Positions 1 to 12,558 of a stretch of 64,000 nt of DNA are shown one piece after another. The notes beneath the pieces are model-generated. The model saw nothing but the letters and a program-made list of their open reading frames with translations. It made no database searches and was not told where the DNA came from. The stretch is from Azolla caroliniana. Its lineage: Eukaryota > Plantae > Polypodiophyta. The number at the start of each line of letters is the position of its first letter. Position 1 is the first letter of the stretch. A program made the translations under genes and the position numbers. The stretch is taken from contig JBHGNT010000013.1 of the NCBI GenBank assembly GCA_043228905.1, positions 17,980,001-18,044,000 of the forward strand, in the 5' to 3' direction.

Positions 1-293
1 TAATGTCCAGACTATCGTGGCCCCACGCCTTGATAGTGCTCTTCAAAAATCCTCACGGTCGTCGCCTCTCATGGTTTTGTCTAACCATGAAAATTTGGAC
101 AGAGTGCCTCCCATCCTGGCTCTTCACCCTCGCATAGGCCGAATAGTTATCGATCACCTTTGTCTCCATCCAGGCCGTCGTAATGTAGGGCTCTCCCAAG
201 ATCACCAGATGGGAAGATGACTCCTACACGAAGAAATGTTGGTCAATTTCGACGTCACTGACCTTCATCCAGACATTCAAGCATGATCCATGT
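1..293 (-). mobile_element. Fragment of an older Ty3/Gypsy-type element (C-terminal half of aspartic protease region)
   Basis: Minus-strand translation HGSCLNVWMKVSDVEIDQHFFV*ESSSHLVILGEPYITTAWMETKV resembles the retropepsin C-terminal 'F.V....ILG.P' pattern. It has an in-frame stop and is cut by the LTR at 294. Confidence 0.5.
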
Positions 294-385
294 TGTCAGG
301 AATAGTACTGAGACCAAGAGGAAATTAGTACTAAGAGATGAACATTAGTACTAAGAGGAAAAGAGTATGTAGAACACTCTAGAGA

Positions 386-431
<46 letters not shown>

Positions 432-723
432 TGATGACAACGATATATTATGTGAAAAGAATATACAAGGATGGCTAGGAGGCTTAAGACTGGCGTTGAA
501 CCGATTTGGTTCGAAATAATGCATTGTAACTCCTTTTATAGTGTTCTTAGGAGTACTACTGAAGTTTCTAGAATGTTCGAGAGAAATCTGGAATATACAT
601 CAATTTTCTATAGTAAAACTTCAATGAATATAATATTCTTTATATTACAACCTATAGTTAATGGTCAAGAGCGTGACCCATGTAACATAAGGTCATGGGT
701 TCGAGTCTTGTCATATTATGACA
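294..723 (-). repeat. 3' LTR of chromovirus
   Basis: TGTCAGG...ATGACA termini. Highly similar to 5555-5959 and adjacent to the PPT (minus strand TTAAAGGGGGGATAG). Confidence 0.93.
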
Positions 724-828
724 CTATCCCCCCTTTAAAACGATGAGTGTCACGAGTCGTTTTGGATTGGGGACCCGGTTTTTTTGGATATTGAAGATGG
801 AAGTCTTCAAGAAGAGCAAAAGCATTGG

Positions 829-3800
829 TCATATTCTCCAAGTATGCTCGTTGGGACTATATCCTAGCCAATCGACTAAATAGTAGAGCTTGTTGCAAAC
901 AATCTTGGAATCGAGGATGGCAGCAACCTCGTACTCAAGTCCATCTTCAAGTTTGATCGGGGGTGGAGGTTCTTTAATACGACTTGAGATGGTGCTGTCT
1001 TCATAAGGTTCGAGGAGAGAACTATGAAACTTCGGATGTATCCGAAGTTGTGGAGGTAGATCGAGACGAAAAGTGACATCATTAATTTTTCCGATAATAC
1101 AGAAAGGACATAATCGCCGATAATCCAATTTCTCGCATGGGCGAGTAGTCTTGATGTGTCGGCGTAGTAGCCATACCCGATCTCCAATGTTAAAATTGGA
1201 TGGAAGTCGATGACGATCTGCGTAAACCTTGTGTGTTTGTTGAGCTTGTTGTAGATGAGTAGATAAATCCGCTTGTATCTTGCTTAACCGCTCCAAATGA
1301 TCCTCTACGCAAGGATTTGTGGGTAACTCTAGGGTTTCAAATACACACCACCGAGGGTGACAACCCGTATAAGCATAAAATGGTGTAAACTTTGTCGATG
1401 AGTGAATAGAGTTATTATACGCAAATTTGGCGAAGTGGAGAATATTCGCCCAGTCATCTTGATGATAGCTTAGAAAGCACCGAAGATACTGCTCCAACGT
1501 TTGATTTGTTTGTTCTGCTTGGCTGTCTGTTTGCGGGTGGTAGCTGGAGGAGAGGTTACAAGTGACCTTGGGCATTTTAAAGAGGTGCTTCCAGAATTTT
1601 GAGATGAATTGGGGTCCACGATCGTTGATGATACTATCGGGAAGGCCATGATGCCTACATACTTCACGCATGACAATTTCAGCGGTTTCTTCACTAGAGA
1701 TTTCCTTAGTACATGGCAGGAAATGGGTCATCTTCGTATATCGATTAACTATTGTTAAGATCGCATCGAATCCCTGAGAGACCGAAAGATCTGTGATGAA
1801 ATCTAGAGCAATGGATTGCCACGGCTTGCTTGGAATTGGTAATGGTTCTAATAAACCATATGGATGATGCCTTGGCATTTTTGCTCTGCAACATGTATCA
1901 CAAGTTCGAACAAATTCTTCGACAAATTGTCACATATGGGGCCACCAGAATGATCGTTGTACTAAATCTAATTTTTTAGTACTACCAAAATGCTCTGTTG
2001 TATATGTGTCATGACAATTTTGGACTACTCGAAGGTGACAAGAACTATTAGGAACATACAAGAGTTTCTTAAAGAATAGCAATCCATCATGACATTTGAA
2101 TTATCGATAGTCTGTACCTGGTTGTTGCGACTGTGAACAAGATGCTCGAGAGGGATCAATTTGTGCTAGAATGGCTTGGGTGAAAGCATCTGTCTTCAAG
2201 TCCTCACATATGGTATCGATAACATGGGAATCCAAGGGCATACCGAAGACATGCGTTGCTTGCATTCGTGCCAATCCCAAGATTATTTGCTTTTGGTTAT
2301 CGAAACCTAGCTCGTGAGGACACGGTACTAGATACGTACGTCGTGATAATGCATCTACCTTCCCTTGTTGCTTCCCCAGACGATATGTAATTTTGAAGTC
2401 GAAACAAGTGAGGAATTGGGCCCACCGAGCTTGACGTCGATTTAACCCACGAGCATTCTGAAAGTAGGCAAGGTTTTTGTGATCACTGAATACGGTGACT
2501 TGATGAGAAGATCCCTCTAGAAAATGCCTCCATTGCGTAAAAGAGTCCACTATTGCCAATAGCTCCTTATCATGAATTTCATAGGTGATTTCGGTGGTGT
2601 CAAACTTGTGTGAGTGGAAAGCCACATGATGTAGCTTTTCATCGTCGACTTGTTGTGACAGAATGCTACCCAAGGCGAAATCCGACGCGTCTGCTTCAAT
2701 GATGAATAGTTTTTCCGGATCAACATGAGCTAGAATAGTAGCTGATGTAAATGCCTTCTTAAGACTCTCAAAAGCCTTGTCTACTTCTTCAGACCAAATG
2801 AACAATTGTCCCTTCTTGGTAAGTTGTGTTTGAGGCAGAACAAGCTTTGAGTAATCCTGTATAAACTTGCGGTGGAAATTGGCAACGCCTAAAAAGCATT
2901 GCACATCTCGCAACGAACGCAAAGTCTGCCACTCTACCACCATTTTGACCTTAGCTGGATCCATGGAGATGCCTTTCGAGGAAATGACATAGCCTAGAAA
3001 TTCTACCTGGTTGCACCCGAAACTACATTTTTCGAAACTATATTTTTCCAGCTTTGCATAAAGACCATGTTCTCGAAGTCGTTTTAGTATTAACAGTACA
3101 TGAGAATCATGCTCTTCTTGGGTCTTCGAATAAACCAGTAGATCATCCAAATAGATGATCAAACAAACATCCAAGAGATCTCGGAATATATCATTTGCCA
3201 TGTGGTAGAAGACTGTTGGCGCATTAGTGAAGCCGAATGGCATGACCGTATACTCGAAGTGCCCATATCTGGTGTGAAATGCGGTCCTCCATTCATCTCC
3301 TGGTTGGATCCGTACGATGTTATATGCTCCTCGTAAGTCGATCTTTGTGAAGAACCTTGCACCATTGATCTGTTCTAAAAGACTTGAGATAAGGGGAAGT
3401 GCATACTTATTCATGATGGTGACCTTATTCAAGCCACGGTAATCTACGACGAGACGAAGTGATCCATCCTTTTTCTTGACGAAGAAAATGGGTGCACCAG
3501 CAAGAGATTTCAAATGTCAAATGAAACCATTTGCCAAATTCTCCTCTATATAGGCTCAAAGGACTTCTAGCTCAGTTGGTGCCAAATTGTAGATTGGTCC
3601 CCATGGTGGCTCTTTCCCTAGTTGTAAATCGATGGGGCAATCATATGGTCGATGGTGAGGAAGCATATTCGCTTGTACTTTATCAAACACATCGGCATAA
3701 TGACGATACTTCTCTAGAAGTTGAACGGTGGACTCCTCTTTAGTGGTGTTGGACGGTTTTATTGATACTGCGAAGAGAAACATTTCTTCCTTGCGTCCTT

Positions 3801-4278
3801 CGTCACGCAACTAATGTAGCAAAATGGTTGCAATCTCATGAGTAGATCCTCAGGTTTGTCAATACCGTATTTCTCTTGTTCTCCAATCTATGTCTGGGTT
3901 ATGTAATTCGAACGATGGTAATCCCAAAACAATGGGATGGTCTGGGATACTAATTATATTAAATGATACTACACACGCTAAACTTTGTAGGACAATATTA
4001 ACAGGCTCTAACTCTTCTATGATATTTCCGGAAGCAATGGAACGACCATCAATGACTACTACAGAGGCTGGACACGAGAGTTTTCTTAGGGATATCTGAT
4101 GAGCTTGGGCAAAATTCCTATCCATGAAGCAAGAATTAGCTCTTGAATCTAGGAGTGTTGAGACATGTACTGGAGAGGTAATTTTAGTACTAACTGTTAC
4201 TTGGGCTAAGAACACATTGCTAACTTGCTTAGAGGGAATGGAACCATTAATGGGCTGCATAGATCTAGGGTTGTCCAA
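829..4278 (-). pseudogene. Chromovirus pol (protease-RT-RNaseH-integrase-chromodomain), broken by stops and frameshifts
   Basis: ORFs 3859-4278 (PR), 3556-3810, 2101-3513 (RT/RH) and 829-1878 (IN plus chromodomain). Confidence 0.93.
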
Positions 4279-4439
4279 CCAAACAATTCCTATTTTGGCT
4301 GGACTTAGTCGTTTAACTCTTCTTCTAACTGACTAAGGACATCAAATTTGTTCGATAGATTTGGGCTATTAGTACTATTAGGACTATCAGATATTCCTAC
4401 TGAAATAGACTTAGGTTTAGTACAATTAGAACTAGCAAC

Positions 4440-5455
4440 TATTTGGTTTACCTGTCTTCTTGGCCTATGGGGATAGTTCACTGCAATATGCCCTGGTCCA
4501 CCGCAATAAAGATATAGTCAATTTGCTCGGTGTCGCTGCTTTTCTTCTTCCAATAATGGTCCACGACGACGTGTACTATCAATTTCCACCGGAGTTGGAG
4601 TATTCACTGGAGACGCATTATATGATGCCCTTGGACAAGGTTTTTCTACCACTGAGGCGTAGGTGGGCTCTGATCTTGCCATTGGCATCTGGAACTGACA
4701 TTCCGAACGTTGTTCGAAAAGACGGTTGTCGCATCTCACGCACGACTGATTGTTTCTGTCAATGACTTTGGTTCTTCGGGGAAGGTCAAAAGTAAATCCT
4801 TGACATCGTTACATAGACCATAACAAAATTGATCCATTAGTGCTTGGTCATCCCAGGGGATATCAAAGGCGAGTAGGCGGAAATCTGTAGCGTATGTGGA
4901 GGCTGGACAATCACCTTGACATAGTCGTCGGATTTTGTTGATTGTTGTTCTTATGTTGTCAGTATCTCCAAAACAGGCTTTAAACTCACTTAAAAACTCT
5001 TCAAAATTGTTTAGTAAAGGAGATTCCTTTTCTAACAACAGAGTGAACCATGCCAAATCTTAGCCACTTAACAATGTGCCTACTAAACCCACTCGTGATG
5101 CATCAGTGGGATATTAGGAAGGATGCATTTGAATGACTAATCGTACCTAATTAAGGAATCCTCTAAACTATGATCGCATTCCATCGAATTTCATGGGAAG
5201 ACCGATCTTGGGTTCTTTATGAATCCCTTGCGTACTGGGTCCTTATTGTTGCATCGCTACTATGGTTGCTTTGAGTTGTTGCACACGTAACACTAGTTCC
5301 CAATGTTGTTGTTGCGTCTACTGCTTTTCTAAGGAGATTTGTTGAAGATCCCCCAACCACCGTTGATTTTCTTGTTCCAAAGCAAGAAACTTCTCTTTCA
5401 AGCATTGCAGCTCCGAGAAAACGGATTGATATTCTTGAGCGCTAACAATGGCCAT
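4440..5455 (-). pseudogene. Chromovirus gag, disrupted
   Basis: ATG at 5455 (MAIVSAQEYQSVF...), EPKIGLPMKFDG segment, ORF 4736-5056 (retrotransposon gag) and a zinc knuckle near 4480-4515. Several stops. Confidence 0.85.
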
Positions 5456-5554
5456 AGGATGAGAGGAAAGAGGAATAAGATATTAGTATGAAGGGAGGGA
5501 AACATAAGAAGATAAAAGCAAGAGGAGGAAAGAGGTGAACAAATTGGTTCAAAC

Positions 5555-5959
5555 AGTTAGGAATAGTACTGAGACAGAGAGGAAATTAGTACTAAGAGAT
5601 GAATATTAGTACTAAGAGGAAAAGAGGGTGTAGAACACACGAGAGAAGGAGAGAGAGAGAGAATAATGATGATAGTGATGTATTATGTGAAAAGAATATA
5701 CAAGGATGGCTAGGAGGCTTAAGACTGGCATTGAACCGATTTGGTTCGAAGTAATGCCTTGTCCCTCCTTTTATAGTGTTCTCAGGAGTACTCCTGAAGT
5801 TTCTAGAATGTTCAAGAGAAATCTAGAATATACATCAATTTTCTATAGTAAAAGTTAAATGAAAATAATATCTTTTATATTACAACATATAGTTTAATGG
5901 TCAAGAGCTCGACCCATGTAACATAAGGTCATGGGTTCAAGTCTTGCCATATCATGACA
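5555..5959 (-). repeat. 5' LTR of chromovirus
   Basis: Copy of 294-723. TATA box on the minus strand at 5769-5775; non-tRNA PBS at 5537-5554. Confidence 0.93.
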
Positions 5960-7125
5960 CAAACTTATTGGTGTACCATTGGATAAGAACTACAAATTGA
6001 GGGTTGATTTGGGAGCAAAAATTGCATATGTGAACATTTACAAGTCTATGGTGGGCAGTCTCATATACTTGACTATAACAAGACCTGATTTGAGTTATGC
6101 AGTTGGATTAGTCAACCAGTTTATGCAACATCCAACAAAGCCACATTTGGATTGCATTAGAAGAATTTTGAGGTATGTAAAAGCTACTCAAAACCATGAA
6201 CTGTTTTACAATGCTGATCTGGACATAAAGTTAGAAGGATATATAGATGTTGATTGGGTCGGACGCCAAACTGATAGAAGATCCACAAGTGGATATATGT
6301 TTACATTGGGAAGTGCAGCTATTTCATGGAGTCGCAAGAAACAAGTTATTGTTGCATTATCAAGTATGGATTAGAGGAGTTGCAATAGCTACTTGTGAAG
6401 AAGTATGGATTAGAAGATTGCTTGTTAATTTGGGAGAGTATATAGATGATGCAGTCACAATTTGGTGTGGCAATATGAGCAGCATTCAGCTTGCAAAAAA
6501 CCCAGTGTTCCATGCAAGAACAAAGCACATTAAAGTGCATTATCACTTTGTTAGAGAAAAAGTGATTGATGGAGAAGTGGATCTGTTGCATGTAAGTACA
6601 AATCACCAAGTACCTGACATTCTTATGAAGGGACTAAGCATAGAAAGGCATACACAATTCAGGGACATGATGGGAGTTATAAGCATTGGTATGATAGCTA
6701 AAAAGCATGAAGGAAAGAAGACTGAAGATGATCTCAAGAATGGATCAGTTGAGCTTGAGGGGGAATGTTAAGAAACAAGCTCAACAAAAGCATGTGATGC
6801 TTATTGGTAACTCAGATCTTCTATAGTAGATATTAGGAAATTAGCTACTATGAGACATATAGGTAAAATAGTTATTTAGTTGTTCACAACTATTTAGCTA
6901 CTCACAACTAATTAGCTAAATATGTAAGTCCCTTATATACTTAGGTAAAAAAAAGTAAGAGCGAGTAGAAGAGTGAAGTAAGAAGAGTAAGAAGAGAAGA
7001 GAAAATAGACGAGAGAGGTTTTCTCTATGTAATGAAACAGAACATGTTTTGGGCTACTATAGAGGTGAGTCTCCTTCCCCTTTCCTTTCTTTCTCTCTTT
7101 GAACACTAAACGATTATGCACATCA
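5960..7125 (+). mobile_element. Ty1/Copia 3' portion (RT C-terminus, RNase H, PPT, 3' LTR ~6766-7125)
   Basis: YKSMVGSLIYLTITRPDLSYAV, DVDWVG..DRRSTSGY and HARTKHIKVHYHFVRE motifs in frameshifted ORFs 5979-6374 and 6247-6771. PPT TTGAGGGGGAA, then TGTTAAG at 6766. The LTR right end is approximate. Confidence 0.88.
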
Positions 7126-7861
7126 CGATCCGTTGTGCACTAAGAAGAGTCGTAGCGCCTTCGTATCAGAGGAGCCGATGGGTTGAGGGGCACCAATTCC
7201 GTATGGACAAGGAGAAAGTCGTCGAGAGCCTTTGGAGCAGACATGCCGACCAAGGAGATCGAGACAATCGAGGAGATCGGAACCGGATGGATTGTTGAGC
7301 ACGAGCTAGGAGACAAGCTAGCAAAAGGTGTCCAGCCGAAGAACCAATAGAGCAAAAGGAGGAACCTCAAGTTGAACTTGAGGGGGAGTGTTGAGAGACA
7401 AGCTCAACATGGGTTGGATCGTGTTAAGAAGCCAAGAATCAGATCAAACGTGGACCAATCGGGTAGGCTTGGATCGGCTGAAGATCCCGGGAGCCGGATC
7501 CGACAAAGGCCAATCGGCTAGGCCAAATTGGTGGGGAGTCAACAGGCCGATAGGAGCTTATATTCCTATTTTAGTCCATAGGAATATTATAGTTCATTAG
7601 CATCAAAGCTCATTCATGAGCATTAAAGTACTGATAGTACTTGTGTTAGCCCACTATCAACGGGGCTTGTATAAAAGTGCTCACTAAGCACAGTTGTATG
7701 TATTGAGTCATTCTATTATAGAAGGTTTTGTTGTTGTCTTCTTCCTCAGTCTCTCTCCCCCCCTCCCCCATATTCTCTATGTATACCTAACTGTTTGTTG
7801 TTGTCCGGCTAAGTCGGCTTGTGTTTGTTGTTCGTAAACTTCCGCACGCTATTCTTTTACA
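7126..7861 (+). mobile_element. 3' end of a second Copia element with LTR 7389-7861
   Basis: PPT TTGAGGGGGAG followed by TGTTGAGAGACAAGCTCAAC (7389) ... TATAAAA ... TTTTACA (7861). Confidence 0.75.
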
Positions 7862-8949
7862 AAATATTATGAGACAACTCTCAAAGAAAGGATGGGATAA
7901 CCCTTCACTCGATGTTCTAAGTGTGGGACAACATTGAGAAGTGGGTACCAAGAATTTTGTAAATGGATTATAGGGCTTATAATTTGTGGTGCTATGCTCA
8001 TATGCCTACTCTTCCTTGTTGGTGGATGAGTAACTTCCCACATAAATAAGAAATTCCAGTTAGTTATTTCATTTCACTTCCAATAGTTACAACTAAGCCT
8101 TTTATTGTCATAACCATTTCAAATACACCACTTTAGGCTCTCAATTGTTAGTATTTTCTTTTAAATGGTACAAATTTTGAGCTTGGAAGTGGTTTGTCAA
8201 CAAATTAGATAGTGACTTTATACAATTTGTGATGAGAATGCCATTTCACTAGGATCAAATTGTTTGTGTGCATGATCTCAAACTTGAAGAATATAAACAT
8301 ATGAAGTGCTACTCTAATAAACACAACATTGAACTCATTGCTTGAGATGTGATCCCATAACCTAGTGGTTATTATAACAAAATAAACTTCTACTAAGCAA
8401 GATCATGAAAATATAAACATTAATTTGTAAAAATGACCTGCTAAAGACTGACTTAAGTAGGCAATGCTTTTACATGGTTCATAGTGGACAATATCCCTTG
8501 GGTTATACATTGTAAACAACATTAAAATAATGTAGTTAATTATAAAATGAACCACTTGAGCTAGTTATTGTAATGTTTTAAGGGAAAAGTACTTAAGTTG
8601 GATTTACCTCACAAATATATAGCACATGTTTACAAGCGCAAGTTACACTATTTTTTGTACAATCTTCTCAGGCATTATTTCTATTTTGTCGCATTTATTA
8701 TAAATAGGAGATTAAACTCTTGTCCACAATCTTTAGTTGTCTTTTCAAATTGGCGTTTGTTTGTATGACTTTATGTTGCATTGTCTTTTAAGAGATGGTA
8801 GTGGTGTTTTATCCTTGGTCAAAATTGGACATTGTTGTGACTTGGTTAATGTACTTGCATTTACATCTATCGATAGACAATCGTGTATAATTAAATTTAC
8901 TATCATTTACGTGCATGCACGCACGTTTGATTTTGAGGCGGACCAAAAT

Positions 8950-11000
8950 TGTAAGTGATCATGGAACGAACCATTATGATCATCACCACGTAAGAAAGTG
9001 AAGGAGAAGTTAATTGTAGTTGCATGAATCTCATTTGGTTTGAGCTTTATTTGTATTCAAAGTTCTTGCTCAAAGAACAATGTTGTTGATTACTTCTAGC
9101 TCCAACCAGATGAAGTCACAATTTGGAGAGTTAATGCCATTCCGAATCCTTGCTTCAATGCACTCCTTCCTCTTCATGAAGTTTGATTTAGGGTTATTGT
9201 TGTCTTTAAAGTCTTGAGTTGCTAGCTGATTGGGTTGTCCATTCAATTCATTTAGAAAAAGGCCAATGAGAGGACTTTGTCACGACTACATGCATATTTA
9301 GATGAAGGCCCACCTAGAAGTATTGAGAACTTCAACGGCAATGTCATCTTTAAGCTTGTACAATTATCCGAAAAGAGATAGATGTGTGACCAAATATGAA
9401 TTCTCGTTTATTATTCTTTGACCATTTTGAGAATTTGCAACCTTTTACATGGTAAATTTCTAAAGTATTTAAGAAAGTTTACTGGCCAACTAGTACCAAT
9501 ATGTGTCGTATTTTATCTTAGTTGGGAAATTGTTTGTGTAGTCAATATGAGTGTTATTGTATAAAAGCCAATGGTCTTTATAACTACAAGAAGGTATCAA
9601 TCATAAGTATAAACTTGATTGGCAATATATGTTCAAGCTAGTTAAAATTTTGGTAACTCTGAGATGAAATACACCTTTAGGTCAAACTCTACCTCTCGAT
9701 TAAACTTATCTACTCATTATGTCCAAACAACTTTAAAAGGTAGGTTTGTCGTCTTCGTTGTCATCTCTTCTCAATGATGCTTTAATAAGACAACTTTTAG
9801 AAAAAAAAACCTAGTTACACAAAAGTTGCTTTACATGTTATCCCATTATTCTTTTTGGGAACCAAATCGTTTCCATTGTGCGATTTTAATGTTGTGGTGA
9901 ATTAATATTCACAATACCAACTTTGTTCAATGGAAGAAGCTAATTTACACATTCACCATTTTCTTTGTCCGATAATTTTTGTAAATTACAACTATTTACA
10001 TGGAAAGCGCTAGTTTGAAACACACCAATTAACCAAGGAACAAAGAGGGTTCCAATATTAATGACCTTTCTTTCCTATTGATGCAAGGCCTTGGCTTGAA
10101 TTGATTGAATATTATGTTTGATGTACTCCTATAGATCTCTCACCCTTGCTAAGATCATATGCCTTTTATTGATATGGAATCACCTTCAAATACAAATTTA
10201 ATTAATAAATTTATACAATTAAGTTATGGTAATTGGAATGCATAACTTCTAGTTTCACGTAAACTTGTACATAATGGGAAAATAAAATCTTGTAAGGTTA
10301 ATACATGGGGAATTCCCAAAGGTACAATGCACATATATAAATAGTGTGTAACATTAATAAAGAGTGAACACTAGCTTATGGAGTGAAGATCACAACAATC
10401 CTAAACTCCATCAAGAGAGATACTCTTAACACAAAGAACCCATGCCAAGGTTACACAATTATACATACATCCAAAGTATTTGTTGATTGTGTCGCATGTT
10501 GTTGAAATATTGTAACTTGTGCCATATACCTGAAACCGTTTCCGGTTCATAAGATGTGGAATGAATATTACCAACACCCTCAACTGTGTGTTAAATTATT
10601 TGAGTATTCAAAAGATATTTGGAAGTTAATCCTCCAAAGATGAATATTTTCATAGAGAACATGTTTCGTGGTCCAAAGTAAGTGATCAATGGTACATATG
10701 CAACAATGATGTTTCATCAAGTTCATATTGCTCATCCCAAGACCTTCGATTGATATAAAGATACACTCATGTTTAAAAAGATCACTCAACGTTTATTAGG
10801 CCACAATTCAACACATGGATTTAGTTGAGTGCATAAAATAACCATGTTGTGATCATGCTACCTAAAATTGTAGATAGTTGGCTTTTGATATGAGAATTGG
10901 ATGATATTGCTATTAGCCTTACATTCGTAGACCTCGTATTAATTTAAGATAGGCAAATGAAATTTACATGGAGGCAAATGAGTGCCTATTGGACAATTTG
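8950..11000 (-). mobile_element. Highly decayed transposase-like coding remnant (possibly Mutator-like)
   Basis: Short protein-like minus-strand segments with many stops and frameshifts. The family assignment comes from recalled resemblance only; no TIR or TSD seen. Confidence 0.25.
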
Positions 11001-11717
11001 TTTGTAATTGAAATTTGAATACCGATAGTCCTAATTATATTCTCTCGTATAAAACACAATTGAGTACACGGGAAATAAACAATGAAATTTATTTCCTATG
11101 TTTCCTTTAATTAAAAAACAATTGATTTATGAAAAAACCAATAAATGACTGAGGAGATTAAGGTGCACAATTATATAGAAGACACTTCCCAAATTGATTG
11201 TTCTAGAACCTAGACATAAAACTTATGCCATGTAAAGTAAATTGTAAAATGTTAGGGAGAACATCCAAAAGAGAGCCTTTTTTTATTATCCAATTTGTGG
11301 AGTGAAGAGACTTGGGAACTTCAAACTAGATGGAATATTTCTAATAAAAATAATACTCTTGATAAATCTAGGAATATCGGTCATGAAATGGCACTTTCGC
11401 ATCGCTCATTGCGCCAAGGATCGAGATCACAAATTGAGAAATCAATTGTGAAATGCTACCTTTTCTCTGTTAAGCCATCTTATATGTGCCACCTAGAAGC
11501 TTTTGTGAGATCCTAGAACCATGCACTCACACGTGCGCTTTATCAAACAATGTACAAACCCACACCACAAGGCAAGGGTGGTTCGGAATAAATTATACAC
11601 TTTATCTCACGTTGGGGCAAGAGGGTGGGCCCTGGGAGAGGGGGCATGGGTGACAAAGGTGCACACAACTACATGAAACGTGGGTGTGAGATGCAAGCAA
11701 GACATGGAGGTCAAAAG

Positions 11718-11718
<1 letters not shown>

Positions 11719-11748
<30 letters not shown>

Positions 11749-11764
11749 TGTATGTATGTATGTA

Positions 11765-11796
<32 letters not shown>

Positions 11797-11818
11797 TGAG
11801 AGAGAGAGAGAGAGAGAG
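11719..11818. repeat. Compound microsatellite (TATG)n(TG)n(GA)n
   Basis: Directly visible. One of many SSRs (others at 12508-12555, 13063-13134, 24015-24107, 36060-36315). Confidence 0.95.
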
Positions 11819-12505
11819 TGAGTGGGTGTATATATATGGTATTTGAAGAGTATGATTCAATTCATCATTGATTGTTTATGAGCATGAAAAAGCAAGAAAA
11901 AGAGTCCTAGAGAATCTCCTCAATCCATGGTATGTGTTGAGTTTATGTTTGGATAAAGTGAGGCAAAAGACCTTTTTGCTTGACAATAAATAAAGAGATG
12001 GTAGTATTCTCATTTTGTCATGAAATATGTGACCAGATTTTAAGACCGAGTCCCAACTACTTGAGGGGCAACTAGGAAGAAGGAAAGTTGGGGAGATGCC
12101 CAACCAGATAGTTATGATGAGGAACTAGGTTGTAACTCCTGGTTACCAATCCCTGCCTTCCTTTTATACTTTTCTTTATTTGATGGATGGATGGATGGAT
12201 AATGAGTGATTCATGTCTCCCTCCTCTTCTGTCTCTAGAAATTATTAGCTAGACAATGAGAGAGAAAGAAAGAAGTTAAAAGCCACTTTATTGTGTAAGT
12301 AGATTGTGTATTTACTTACCTATATTAAATACATCTATGTAAGTAGTAGTGAGAGAGAGATGGTGTAAGATGCATTCAAGTAAGAAGCATAGCCTACTAA
12401 ATGCTAGTGGTGAGAGAGAGAGAGAGAGATAAGAACATGTGTGTGTCTCTTGCTTGACTCTTGGGGGATTGGGGTGGGACAAATGCAAATTACAAAAGTT
12501 AAGTT

Positions 12506-12558
<53 letters not shown>

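Larger units (their letters stand above)
294..5959 (-). mobile_element. Ty3/Gypsy chromovirus LTR retrotransposon (Tcn1/Tf1-sushi-like), decayed, both LTRs present
   Basis: Direct-repeat LTRs at 294-723 and 5555-5959, with a PPT at 724-738. Minus-strand domain order: gag (CCHC knuckle CLYCGGPGHIAVN), PR (LLDSRANSCF), RT (YLDD), RH (EADASDFALG), IN (DRGPQF, HPQTD), chromodomain (YEVAAILDSK..YYLVDWLGY). Confidence 0.95.

Noticed and set aside
652-714. Functional tRNA gene
   Set aside because: A/B boxes are present but I could not form an acceptor stem or a canonical 7-nt anticodon loop; reported only as tRNA-like.
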